From Malacoraja senta (taxonomy: Eukaryota), in contig CM075994.1 in NCBI GenBank assembly GCA_038087875.1, positions 5,892,001-5,956,000 of the forward strand: a stretch of 64,000 nt of DNA, in the 5' to 3' direction. Below the pieces are notes generated by a model. The model made no database searches. It saw only the letters and a program-made list of their open reading frames with translations, and had not been told where the DNA came from. Shown here piece by piece: positions 25,630-38,240 of the stretch (within the stretch, counting starts at the first letter, position 1; the number at the start of each line of letters is the position of its first letter). The position numbers were made by a program, and so were the translations under genes.

Positions 25630-26195
25630 TAAGGGCATAAGGGATAGAAGCAGGATTAGGCCATACAGCCTATCAAGCCTGCTCCGCCATTCAATCATGG
25701 CTGACCTAGCTCTCCCTCCGAAACCCATTCTCCTGCCTGTTCCCCATATCCCATGACACATGTACTAATCATGAATATATTGAACTCTGCCTTCAAAATA
25801 TCCATTGGCTTGGCCTCCACCCCCTTCTGTGGCAAATAATTCCACAGATTTACCACAGTCTGACTGAAGAAATTCCTCTAAATCTCCTTCCGAAAGGAAA
25901 GTCCTTTAATTCTGAGGCTATGTCCTCTAGTCGTAGACTCTCCCGCTTCTTCTTTCGTGCCCAACTTCCATGTTTCAAATGTTGACATCGCTGTCATCTT
26001 CCGTCCTGAAAAGGGCGCAAGCATCCGGCGACTATCAGTGGGAGCCATCACTTGTTGCAATAGATGATGGTGGTGGCATAATTAGCACGGGATATTACCA
26101 GTTTCCAGCCCCGCGACGTGAATGCTTCTAGTATGGGGCCAGACTCTCCCATTAATGGAAACATCCATTCCTCATCCACTCTATCCAGCCCTTGC
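25630..26195 (-). mobile_element. CR1 3' fragment carrying an internal ~196-bp insertion
   Basis: TRGHSLRIKG motif on the minus strand; AGACTCTCCC duplicated at 25935-25944 and 26141-26150. Confidence 0.8.
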
Positions 26196-27023
26196 ACTTA
26201 ATCGGTAGGTCTGCTTTGTGACATCGTCGCATTGGACCCGCGGAGAGTTATTTCAATATGGTCGCACTTCATCTATGAACATATAGACACTTTAAATCTG
26301 AAGAATGAAAATCGGGATTCTTCCCGGCGTGTTGAGCAATTGCAGAATTTACTGTTTGTGTGTGAAAACTGTTGACTAGCCAGACAGCGGGTGGAAAATA
26401 TCACGATTGTTAATATTCGCAAGCTTCGAAAACTGTCCGTGCTGCCCACAGAGGAAGCTCCTTCCCCATCGTCGTAGCCATCGTTTAGCATATTATACGC
26501 ATTTAATTCTGCCAGGCAATAGTTTGTCTGCGAATACATTGCCCATGTTTACTTAAACTGGTCCATCGATTGTCGATAATTGACTACTTTCGGCATCGAA
26601 AGATAAAACGTTAATCATTTTTCATGATCTCAAATCTGCGCATTTAATTTAGTTTTTGTGGTGCAAATGGTAACACACAGTTTGAGTAAGACGGGTAAAC
26701 CAGATAACAAGCTAACGTTCATTAAATCCTGAATTTAAATGGAAGTGCATTGCCGATGGAACTGGTACACTTGGCTGCTTCCTCGGAAAACAATAGTTCT
26801 CCACGTCTCTCTCACGGCTAAACCCTGAATGAACAATACACTTGAAATATCTGTCTCCAATACTTATACATGTTTTGTGTACGTTTTGAGTAAAATTCTC
26901 TGTGCGCATAAATATCAGGAAATGCAGTTACTTGTATTCACAGATATTCAAAGCACCCGAGAAGTCAGTTATTGTTGATCGTTCGTGTAAGTTTAATTTG
27001 ATTTTGCAATCATTTTTTTTTAG

Positions 27024-27050
27024 AATTGGAAAAACTTATTGTGGAGAGCA
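27024..27050 (+). CDS. Micro-exon (27 nt, phase 1): ELEKLIVES
   Basis: ttttttttag|...|gtgagt. Confidence 0.78.
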
Positions 27051-27226
27051 GTGAGTACCGACCTTTTAAAATAATCACATTTTCTGAAAGATAAATATGC
27101 ACTTAAATGAGAATTATAGTCCAGGATATTTTACATGTGATGCATGGATCTGTTTTATCTAGTTTTATTTTATGTTGCCTAATGATCGGAGATAATAATA
27201 GTTTGTTTTTTTAATCGTTCTTACAG

Positions 27227-27253
27227 TGAAACAAATGCTTGGAAAAGATATGG
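27227..27253 (+). CDS. Micro-exon (27 nt, phase 1): MKQMLGKDM
   Basis: gttcttacag|...ATGG|gtaatt. Confidence 0.7.
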
Positions 27254-27857
27254 GTAATTTTTACCCTCTATCAGTAAATACATTTCAGAATATACGTTGT
27301 TTATTTTTATTGATGTGAACTTTCCAAAAGAAATGCATCGAATAGTAAGCTAATCATGCCGTATGTGAGGCTCAATAGGTAACTTAATTATATAAACATT
27401 CAACATCTGTATCGGATCAGCAACAATTATTCTGGAATACGCTTATACACATAGAGCAGGATAAATGGCTTGACATGAAGCAAATACACTAGTATATTTT
27501 ACCATCGGATGCGGTATTATTAACACATGGTTGGGTTTTCCACTGAGCTAATTAATCCATAACGCCCTCCTGCTTCTGGCGACATTGCAATTCTACCCTT
27601 GATGGAACCCAATAATTGTCTGGGAACTGACATCAAGTTCCATATGTCTATTGCTCTATTGCATGATTGCTTCGATATGCATCGTCTTAAAAGGGGAAAT
27701 CGATCTTAGAAATGATGCTCATAAATGATGACCTATGCAACAAATAGCTGTGTCGTCATTCAAAAGTCAACTACTGAGGATTTAAATATTTATACTTCAA
27801 AAGTCTACATTATACACATGGAATAACCTGACATTGTGTAATATTTTATTTCATAAG

Positions 27858-27890
27858 AGATTGAATTTCTCAAGTTAAAGATGTCAAACA
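27858..27890 (+). CDS. Micro-exon (33 nt, phase 1): EIEFLKLKMSN
   Basis: ttttatttcataag|...|gtaagg. Confidence 0.68.
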
Positions 27891-29279
27891 GTAAGGAATG
27901 TATTACTTCTACTAAATTAAAACTGCGCGATTGTTTCACTTCTACTTTCAACCAGAAAACATATTTGTGTAATTTGCTCAATGACCGGATTCTATTGTCC
28001 CCTGTGGCTGACGCAGTTGATAATTTGTATGTATTTCTAATGTCCCTTGGTCTCTGAATGGAAACATTAATTATCTTGTGTAGGATATATAATTTCAGCT
28101 AATATATTTGCCTTTCCTCTTCAATAATCCTTTAAAGATGAATGAGCATCAAAGTTCTGTTTCACATTGCTCTGGAGTTATCATTTGGACACATTTGTTG
28201 TGCATTATTTAATTGTGAAGGACATAAGTGACGGAAATTATTGGCAACCAGTTTATTTATTTCGTATTCATATCTCTATTAGATTCATTACATTGGCTGT
28301 AATGGCAATGTGCACAATGGAAGAACTGAAGACTCAGTGTGTTATATAGAATAATATGCTTCCAAAACACATTGAAAACTGCATTTGAATCTTATTGCAA
28401 TAATGTTAGAATATTAAACATTGTACCTCGAGAAGTTAGGACATATTTTCAATGAATGATATTTGTTTTAAATGTCTCTGTATGGGACTGAATCGCAGTA
28501 AATGCAAGGGGCTGGTTGCAGGAATATTAAACGAAATACACTTATTGTCATTATTAACATTACCGAGTCGCTCATCAAGATAAAGATGGATTAAATTGCA
28601 AGGAGGACGAATAAAACGTGTGTCAGGATGATTCTTATGCAAAAATATCTGCTAAACAATTTTTCAGATTTTCCAAATGCCCTTTGAAATAACAGTTTTC
28701 GCCAAAAGACGTAGGCTACAGCCGTACGGGAAGGTCATGAAATGCTGTTGATAATTTAAGCATTAGCGCTTACAAGACGGCACTCTATCATAACGTTAAC
28801 GGGTCCACAAAAATTAACTCACGCCTTCCAAGATGTGACTGTCACAAGCATTCGCAAGGAGGGGCAGCGTGGTTGCGTAACACTTCATTATGGATGTTTT
28901 AACTTAAAGTTGAACTAAATTGATTTTGAAAATGAAGACTTTGACTAATGATGCTCAAGTAATATTTCGGATTGTAATGCAAGACAACATTAGAAAAGTG
29001 ATTTGGATCTTAATAATACGGATTTGTTTTGAGCAACATAATTAAACCAAAGTTGTTTACAGGTGATTTTACTCCCCCATGAAAGAGTTTAGTTTAATTA
29101 AATATGCGAAATTGGTTCGTATTTCCTCGTTGTTTATTGATGTGGAAAGTCCATATTTCTTGTAGTCGTATTATATCACAACTGGAAAACCAAACTGAAA
29201 ACTTGTAGATATAACTCGCTGCAGTCTACCACATTACAGATTGTATTTCATCGTTAAGCATTTACATATTTTTTCTCAG

Positions 29280-29297
29280 AAAGCAGAAGCGACATGG
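29280..29297 (+). CDS. Micro-exon (18 nt, phase 1): xSRSDM
   Basis: ttttttctcag|AAAGCAGAAGCGACATGG|gtaagt. Confidence 0.72.
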
Positions 29298-29516
29298 GTA
29301 AGTTACCAGCATTGTTTATCATGCTTGATATCACATGAACGGATCATAAAGTGACGCACTCCATGCAACGGCAGATTTTTCATATCTTTCGCGAAACGAA
29401 TTCTCTAGCGGCTATTTGGATGAGAATTGATAAGGGGAATATCTTCGATACGCATGCAAGCTTCCTCAGAGACCTTCAGAGCTTCTTCACTCATAAAGCT
29501 TCAACAAGCAGTCTTT

Positions 29517-29846
29517 TGTTGAATAAATGCTTTATTGTTGATGGTAAACAGCAAGATACATCCAAGTTTCTTCCGACTCGTTACTGCAATCTTCCTTGAA
29601 TTCCGACTTGCAACTTTAAACATTACAAAACTCCTCGTGTCTCCGTAACATTGACATGGTCGAAGGATGAACATTCTCCATCGTCTCTCCAAACTAATCT
29701 AAAAACTAGAGTTCTGCGCTAGCATCTAAGCTCCAAACACGCCCCAAAACACGTCATAAATCCCACCCACAATATAACGGGCAGTCTAAAATTAAAGGCA
29801 CATGCCATCATCAGTGACATGCAAAACAGGCCAAATGGCCACTACA
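29517..29846 (-). repeat. Putative BEL 3' LTR
   Basis: On the minus strand a polypurine tract GGGGGCGGTA abuts TGTAGTGG at 29846; AATAAA near 29531-29536. Left boundary uncertain. Confidence 0.55.
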
Positions 29847-29938
29847 TACCGCCCCCTAATTGTTCCGAGTAACTAACGAGGCAATTACCAATAAACATTT
29901 TTTTAAAGTGGCCCTAAAGGCTATACATATATCAAAAG

Positions 29939-30010
29939 CAAAATGTCATGGAATTAAACCCCGGTCTACTGCGTGACAGGCGGGGTGGCCAACCACTATA
30001 CTACCGAGGA
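29939..30010 (-). tRNA. tRNA-Asp(GTC)-like sequence/pseudogene inside the BEL 3' untranslated region
   Basis: Minus strand reads TCCTCGGTAGTATAGTGGTTGGCCACCCCGCCTGTCACGCAGTAGACCGGGGTTTAATTCC, close to vertebrate tRNA-Asp TCCTCGTTAGTATAGTGGTGAGTATCCCCGCCTGTCACGCGGGAGACCGGGGTTCGATTCC. The 3' acceptor strand is lost. Confidence 0.8.
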
Positions 30011-33000
30011 AAATAGCATGCACTATATATTCGCAATCATGGCTCTTCATCGACTCTTCCATCTTCACGTTCGCCTTCTAGAAGCAAGCACAACTTGGTT
30101 ATTGGTCTTATTAAAACATTGTTTTTTTTGTTTAAAGTCGTACCATACGCACCAAACCCTCAACGTCAGGCATGATTTCTAGTATTCTTCCCATCAACCA
30201 AGAACCTCGTGATGCTGTGGAGTCAGCCTTGATAACCCAATATTGTTTACGAAGTTGGGATAACATATAATTTCTTCCTCCATGTCCAACTTGTTCATGA
30301 ATATGTCGTGATAATAATGTCGTTATGTAAAAGTCCTTTGAGAGAATGATAGGACGTTTAGTTTTTTCGGGCATTGCCAATTTGTTTAGGCGACCACCCA
30401 TCTGCTGAAAACCTTCCTCCCAGACTGGGTCGAGCTTGTACAATTGACTGTTTCTTTTTACCCCCTGTCCTCCAGCTTCCAATGTTAGTATTTCTTCTTT
30501 GTATTTCTGTCTTTGACAGAAAGAGATGGTCGCATTTTCCGCCTTGAGGAGATCATCAAGATGTAAACCCTGAACGCCATATGAAGCTTCAAAAACTTGC
30601 ATCTGGCCTTCAATCTCTCCTTTCCGTTTATCAGGATTCTCTTCCAGGATACTCTCTGTAATTTGTCTCCTTTTCCGAGCCGCCAGCAATAATCTTGTTT
30701 TTATTTTAAGAAACCAGGCTACGGAAGTTATCAATTTATTCCATGCTGAAAAGTGGGTAATTAAATTGTTCACGGTGTCATATGAGTCTTTAGCAATCAC
30801 ATTCACCGAAATGTTTTGTTTAATTTCCGGATCATTTACAGATATTTCAAATCCGAGTTCAAGCTTTGGCCATTCTCTGCTTGGTTCACAAAGAAACTTT
30901 AGCCCGTGGATCCATCTACTGTTATATAGAAATCAATTTCCTGTTAATCCTCTAGAGGCTTCGTCCGCGGGATTTTCTTTTGTGCTAACATATCTCCAAT
31001 GAGAAACATTAGTAGCTCCCAATACAAAAGAGACTCTATTTGCTACAGATGACATAAAGCGTTTGTTTTCATTATTGATGTATTTCAGAACCGTAGTGCT
31101 ATCGGTCCAGAAGATAGATTCTTCCAGTTGAAATTGTAGTTCCTTTTGCAGCATTATGTCAATTTTAACAGCTAAGCCTGCTGCTGTAAGTTCCATTCTG
31201 GGAATGGTCATTTGGTTCAGTGGTGCCACTCTGGCTTTTCCCATTAAGAATTCAACATGCATTTCATGCAGTCTTAAACATGAAACAGTCCCGTAACCAC
31301 TTTCACTGGCATCCGAAAAATGATGCAATTGTGCACCTGATCTTACCAAAGTTTTTAGGCTTTATGCACCGATCCACCTTAAACTTTGAAATGTTATGGA
31401 GGCCTGTTAACCATTCTGTCCAACGGTGCGAGGATGTTTGAGTTATGCCCTCATCCCATCCAAGTTTTCCTTACAAAGATTTTGTAAAATTAACTTGGCT
31501 GGCAGTGTAAATGGTGCAAGAAATCCCAAAGTGTCGTATACTGAGCCAATCACAGATAAGATACCCCTTCTTGTACATGGTCGCTCCTGGATCGACAATT
31601 TAAACTTAAACACATCCGTCTCCACGCACCAGTGCAGTCCCAGTGCCCTTTCCATTGGCAAAATGTTTTTTATCTAAATCTAACTCCTTGGTTTCTTCAG
31701 CTCTATCATCCGGTGGAATGCTTTCCAATACAACACCATTTGAATTGCCTCCTGCTCAGTAGATATGGATTTTAGGCAATCGTCCACGTAGAAATTATTT
31801 TTCAAAGTGGAAATTACCTCCTCTGGGAAATAATCTTTATTATCCTCTGCCGTCTTCCTTAAAGCGAAATTCGCACAACTTGGAGATGACACCGCTCCAA
31901 AAAGGTGTACTTTCATCCGGTAATCAACAAGATCTTGCTGCACATCCCCTTCAGGTCACCATAAGAATCGCAGGTAATCAATATGTTTACCAGCTACTTT
32001 CACTTGATGAAACATCGATCTGATGTCAGCCATTAAAGCAATCGGTTCTTGCCTAAATTTGATGAGAACTCCAATGAGTGAATTGGTAAGGTCTGGACCT
32101 TGCAGTAGTTCACTGTTAAGCGATGTACCTTTAAAGACTTTAGCACAGTCAAAGATCACCCTCAATGTCCCTTTCTTTGAGTGATCCACCCCATGGTGCG
32201 GAATATACCAGAGCTCTCCATCACCTCGATATAATTGATTCGTTGGTACCATTTCGGCATTATCATTATTAATCATATCCTGTAAGAAGGATATATATTC
32301 CTCTTGAAATTTCGTGTACTTAGCAAACTTACGTTTCAAATTCTGGATACGCTGTTCAGCCATATGACGATTATTCGGTAAACTAACACTTTCTTGCTTG
32401 AAAGGTAAGTCCAAACAATAATGTCCATTAATCATCTTAATTGAATAGTTCATAATATCCAAGAATTATAATTCTTCTCTGGACATTTCTTCAGATTCTT
32501 TGCTGGTACTTTCATTGAAGTCATGACTATATTACTTTATTAACAGCTTTTCCAATTTACCCGTAGATATTTGATTAACAGCAACAGCACGGCAGTTCAC
32601 CTGGCTAACGTTTCCATTATTCTTGCTCAAGGAGCCATAGATAACCCATCCAAGTAGGGTATTCACAGCATACGGTCCATCCCCTTGGCTCCTAACAATC
32701 TGTATACATTCTAATGCTTTCAGAGCATTCGTTCCAATAAGCAAGTCAATATCAGAATTTATCTTTGATATTTTCACATCATTCAGGTAAGGCCATTGCT
32801 TTAAGTCTTCACATCTGGGTATATTCTGACGCCCAACATGCATAGTTCCACGTGTAAAAACTTCTGAAATAGGAATAAAATTATCTTCATCCAAACTGGA
32901 TATCTCCATATTTGTAATGTAATGACTAGGGTACTCTTTCTCTTTATTCGTGGTACGCATTTGAATTTTAACTTTCTCTCCAGTAATGTCCAGCCTTCTC

Positions 33001-36000
33001 ATCAAATTCTCTGTACAAAAAGTAGCTGAACTTCCGAGGTCCAGAAATGCATATGTTTGCAACACTACATTTGTTTCCCTATTTCTCACTTGTACTGGTA
33101 AGATAGAGAAAATGCTTGCTTCAACCCCGGCCCCAGTATGAGCAGTTACTTGACGCGAGGTGACAGTATTAATAGCAGCTGACTCCTCCTTCACCTCTGC
33201 ATGGTCCGGCTCTTTCTTTACAGGGTGAAGCACATCAGGATGATTCTGCTTACACTTGTCACAAATTATTGGGCACTTACAGTTTTTTACCATGTGCCCC
33301 TTCTTTAGACATCCATAGCAGGTTCCATTTCTTTTTTAAAAGTACATCTTTTCTTCACATTTCTTCTCTTTAAATTTACGACACCATGGTGTGACCCACT
33401 TCATCACAAAACTGACAAAATCCCTTCTTCTTAATAGTCGGCGCATCTTCTATGGCTCCACCTGTCGTCTTCTTGGGTATTATAGTGGTAGCAAAATTGC
33501 TTTTCTTAGGCCCTGTTCTTTCTTTAGTTTTGGTAAAGGTAGAATCTTTATAAGTTGCAAGTGGTCTGCGATCTTCAATAGTTCCGTGGTACGAGTCTAA
33601 CATGTACCGTACTTCTCTTTCTAAAAATTCCACCAGGTCTGGCAGCCTGGCTGCTTGTCTGCTCTCATCTCGTATTTTGCCAGCTTCATCTATCCACTTT
33701 TCTCTCATTCTTCTTGGCAACTTGCTAATGATGATTCTAATATTACTCGCAAGATTCATTTCCTCCATGTAGCCGAGATTTTTCATCGAGCTGCAACAAT
33801 CTCTCAGAAATATTGCATAATCACTCAATTTTTCCCCATCTTCTGGCTTGATTTCTTTCCAAGCATGGGCCTTCTCAATGTATGCGATTGCGATCCTCTG
33901 TTCATCACCAAAACGTTCTTCACGTAATCTTCTCGCCTTTTTTATAGCCCTGGTTGCCTGGCTTCTTCTGACAACTGTTAACAAGTACCTTCACACTTCC
34001 ACTTGTGTACTTCAACAGAAATCTTAAGCGCTCTTTTCCATCCTTAACTTTCGTCTCTAATTCCCCCACTAGTGCTCTTACGAAAGTTTCATACTCCAAA
34101 GGATCTCCACCATACGTAGGAATTTCTACTGGTAGTAGAATGAGAGAGATATTTTGTCGAGCTATAATCTCGTTGAATTCTGTTTCCCTATTCAACAGTG
34201 CCAATAATCCATCCTGATTCCCTTAGCTTGACTCCACCTGTTGCTAAACAGGTCTTGGCTCAAACTGGCTTGCTCGAGCCCGTGCTTTAGGCCTTGGAAA
34301 AGCGTGGTCCGCTATTGGTCTATCTCGAGCTTGTACGGATGCTCCAATAGTAGTTGGTTTCAATTTAGCACCCATTTGCTGAGATGAAGTTTTACCCAAC
34401 ATATTTAGGTTCTCCAAGCCAAGGTATCCGGTCGACCTTGACCGTGGAATCGATCCAACTGCCAATTCACTCTGAGCATTTTTCTTCTTGGTCTAGAGCT
34501 CATCGTCTTCGACGATCTAGAGCATCATCTTGACCCCTCATTTTCCATTATGTCCTTCTTGGCTTTGGCCACCGCCATCGTTGTATCTAATTCCAGTTGT
34601 TCCTTACGTCCCCTCAGCTCCTCCTGCTGTCGCGCCATCTCTTCCTTCCTCTGATCGTTCCGTTGTCTCATCTCTTCTTCTTGTCGCGTTATCTCTTCTT
34701 TTTGTCTCTCCGTGACTTCTTGATCCCGCTCGATCTCATGTTTTTTCTTCATGGCATCCGCTTCTATTGAGAGCGCAGCTAACTCAGCTTTAACTTCCAA
34801 TTGAGCAGAAGCCCTCGAAACCGAACTGGCTGAGCAACCATATCTGCGGCCTGATCTTCGTGAAGATACCTTTGAGATACTGTCTCCCGGTGCAATATCA
34901 TTACCTTCTTATTCTTCTTCTTCTTCTTCTGCTTGCTTAGCATCTCCTTTTCTGTAACATTCACTTTGGCCAACTTCAGCTAACCATGTTTCTGCAACTT
35001 CCATGGATTCATCATAAGACTCCGTATTTTCTGAATACCACTTATAATGACTTTGACATTCCTCTTGAGATCGCTCTGCTTCCAGCAGTGTGTCCTGCTT
35101 TTCTTTAAGGTCATTATTAAGGCTACGTATCAGGCGTAATTTATCCTTCACATTCTCCAGGTAAGCTTCTGATTCCATGGCTACCTTCACACTTTCAAGT
35201 AGCCTTCTAATCCTCTTCCACAACTTGTTTCTATCTGATTCGGTTTCCTTGAGAACATGAAGTCGACCTTTCTCAGTGAGTTTAACGTGTCTGGCTGGTC
35301 TTCTGGTGCATACTGGTGCTCCATCAATCACGAAACTTCCTCCCACTTCTTCGCTCATAGTTTAAAGAGGTCTTGGCAGATCGCCAAGTCTTAAAATTAT
35401 GCGAAAGGAGCAGTCTGCTGGCTTGTTCTTGTATTTTGTCAACAATTCTGTCTTAAAGCCTAACAAACTGAGATGGTTTTGAACTTCTCTAACATCCAGG
35501 TGCAAAAAGATGATGCCAATTCAAATGGAATTCATGCTTTCACAGGATTCAAAACAATCCAAGGTCGGTCTGGCTGGAATCTCTCTTCCACAGACAAATT
35601 GAGAAAAACGTTTTCTGATGGCTCTGTTATAAGCAGCCTTTTATTTGCCGTATAAAATTAAAGCTGTAATAATTCAGTCATAATTGATTTGTACTCACAA
35701 ATCCACAGATACCTCTTCAGATAAGTCTCGATGCTGTCGATAGACCTCAAGGCCTCATCTGGCCGAGGTCTTTATCTTCAGTTCCTCCTAGAACCAGTCT
35801 TCTTCTGGCTAAGCCTCACCGAGATTTGAAATTATGATGCTTTGTTTGGTTAGATTTTTTTAAGTACACCCATCCCTCTATTGTTTTATGTGAGATAAAT
35901 AGGATATACTTTGCGTCGAATCAAATTTCCCGTGTTGATTTCCCCTGCAACCTATTCACATTTGCGCACAATCGGATTTCCTCGTTTCTACCTGTCATCT

Positions 36001-36244
36001 GTATTTTTATGACAGCCATTGAACTCTACCAACCTGCGCATGACTCAGCAGCTCGGCTAAACGCGTCACTGCCATTCTGTTTAATTAAAATTCCGTATAA
36101 AGGCGAAGCCAACGTCCAAAACGCATTATTTTGTCACTTTAATATATTTGTAAAATGAGATTAGTTACGTTACGGCCACTGGAACCAGTGAACCACCCGG
36201 AGACTTTTCTGACATCAGCAGACGGGAACAAAATAACTACGTGC

Positions 36245-36459
36245 TGTAAATGATTATGTTACACAGATCTGGAGATTAAATTCATCTTTAATTATAGTGC
36301 ATAGTATAGCGGTACAGCAGATTGTTAGTTGCTAATTAATCATCACCGCTTCCAAGACTACATAATGTAGGAAGTGGGTGTTAATATAAATCATACAGTA
36401 AGGTGGGGTTATTGATGCTACTCTACTATGATTGGTTCGCATGCAATAACCAATCTACA
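36245..36459 (-). repeat. Gypsy 3' LTR (copy A), 215 bp
   Basis: TGTA...TACA ends; adjacent polypurine tract (minus strand AGGGAAGGA). Confidence 0.92.
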
Positions 36460-37633
36460 TCCTTCCCTGTAAAGAGCGAATATAGTTAAGCACATGTAAG
36501 ACGCGCGAATTTAAACATACCCGCCGTATCTGTCAGGCGGTCTACTAATACGACCCTAACGCGTACGGACCAACCCCTCTCCTACCGCACCAGAAAAGTT
36601 AGTGGGTGGGGGAGGCATTGAACCCGGAGGGGAGAAAGCAGCTGGGGGCACTTTAGGCGAAAGATAGGGTGAGCATGCGGGAGAGGTAGTGTTGTTGTTA
36701 GACAGGGACGCCGGTCGAGGCGGAGAACGGGACACGCTGGGACTAGGGATGGCAGCAGCAGCAGCAGACGGTTTGAACATCAGAGGAGGAGCAAAGGGAT
36801 CGGCTGGTGGCGGTCGAGGTTCTTTTACAAGCAGCAAGTGTTGGCGGCTCCGCCTGTACAGGGCACCATCGACGTTGACAAGGTAGGAGCGGGGTTCCTA
36901 ATACGGGCCAACAACGAAACCTAGACGGGAATGTCCCACAGTAGTCTGCAAACGGACGACGTGGCCCTGTAGTAGTGGTTTCAGCGGTTTGATGGACTTG
37001 TCATAGGATCGTTTCTGGATGTTGTGTTTCTCCAGGATGTGCTTCTGGACCGCGGCTGGTTTAAACACTTGTGGCACCAGCTTCTGCTGGGCAATTGGTA
37101 TCGGAGGTCGTGTTGTCCTAGACATCAGTCGTTGTGCTGGTGAGCCTAGGACCCTGTCTCTAGTGATGGTTCTGTGGTTTAAAAGGTCCAGATACACATC
37201 CGACTTGCCCAGGTGGGAGCATTCCATTAGTTGGTTTGCGCACCTGACGGCCTGTTCAGCGAGCCCGTTACTTTGAGTGTATTCAGGGCTGCTTGTGACA
37301 TGGTGGAAGTTCCATCGGTTGGCAAAGTGTTTGAATGCGTGACTGGTAAATTGTCTTCCGTTGTCAGTTTGCAGGCGGACTGGTGCGCCGAATGTGGAAA
37401 AGTGTTTCTGTAGCTTTTGAATGACCATTTCTGATGTGATGGTGGGCAGTAAATCGAGTTCGAACCAGTTAGAGTAGGAGTCGACCAGGACTAAATAGTG
37501 TTTACCGTCCCATTCGAAAATGTCTGCTGCCAGCGACGTCCAGGGCATTGCTGGTGGGGGTTGTTGTAGCAGAGGCTGTTTCTGTTGGTGTGGTGCCAAA
37601 CTGTTGCAGATGGGACAGGAGGCAGCATCTGTC

Positions 37634-38240
37634 CTTTTTAAAAAAAATATTAGAAGCAAATGTACAAAAATAGAATCAACGGCATATGAAATAATACAGT
37701 TATTGTACAGCTTTACGTTTACCTTTAAGCTATAGTTGGAAGAAAAGAAAGGAGAAAAAGCAAGAAAGAGAAAAAGTGAAATGTGCAAAGATAGAACCCC
37801 TAGACTACCAAAGTGGTGTAGCCAAAGAGTGAATAAATGAAAGAAAGAAGAGAGGAATAGAAAAATAAGAAAAATAAAAGGACAAAAAGAGAAAGAAAGA
37901 AAAAAGTGGTGATATACCTGCCTCTCATCCCTCCCCACCCACCTCACCCAACCCGTAATTAGATTTAAGTCCAGTTGTTTTGTACCATACTATCCTTGTA
38001 ATAAATCAATGAATGGTGTCCTTGTCTTCGAAAAATGATCTGTTTTTTCTGCCAAGACAAGTCTAATATTTTCAAGATGTAGCTTCTCGGACACGTTCAT
38101 AATCCACATCTTAAGAGTAGGGACTGATGTATGTTTCCAAAATGTAAGTATTCGTTTTTTCGCCGTTATCAGGCCATAATTAAGGAAACGTTTGAAATAA
38201 TGATAGCTCAGAGCAGGCTTCTAACGTACCTAGAATGATC
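37634..38240 (-). mobile_element. L1 3' fragment nested in Gypsy (copy A)
   Basis: T-run (poly-A on minus), U-rich 3' UTR and ORF2 C-terminal remnant; duplicate of 42441-43016. Confidence 0.8.

Larger units (their letters stand above)
29517..35830 (-). mobile_element. BEL/Pao LTR retrotransposon, decayed; 3' LTR present, 5' LTR not found
   Basis: gag from ATG at 35358 with three CCHC-like knuckles, protease FLDLGS, RT FYVDDCL, RNase H LHHFSDASE, integrase HEQVGH, in PR-RT-RH-IN order. Many stops and frameshifts. Outer boundaries approximate. Confidence 0.92.

Noticed and set aside
27331..27344. Candidate 14-nt exon before gtaagc
   Set aside because: Weak acceptor and not frame-preserving.
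36898..37947. 349-aa ORF looking like a hydrophobic-leader/integrase fusion
   Set aside because: Chance read-through from a nested L1 3' UTR into Gypsy integrase across a deletion; absent from copy B.
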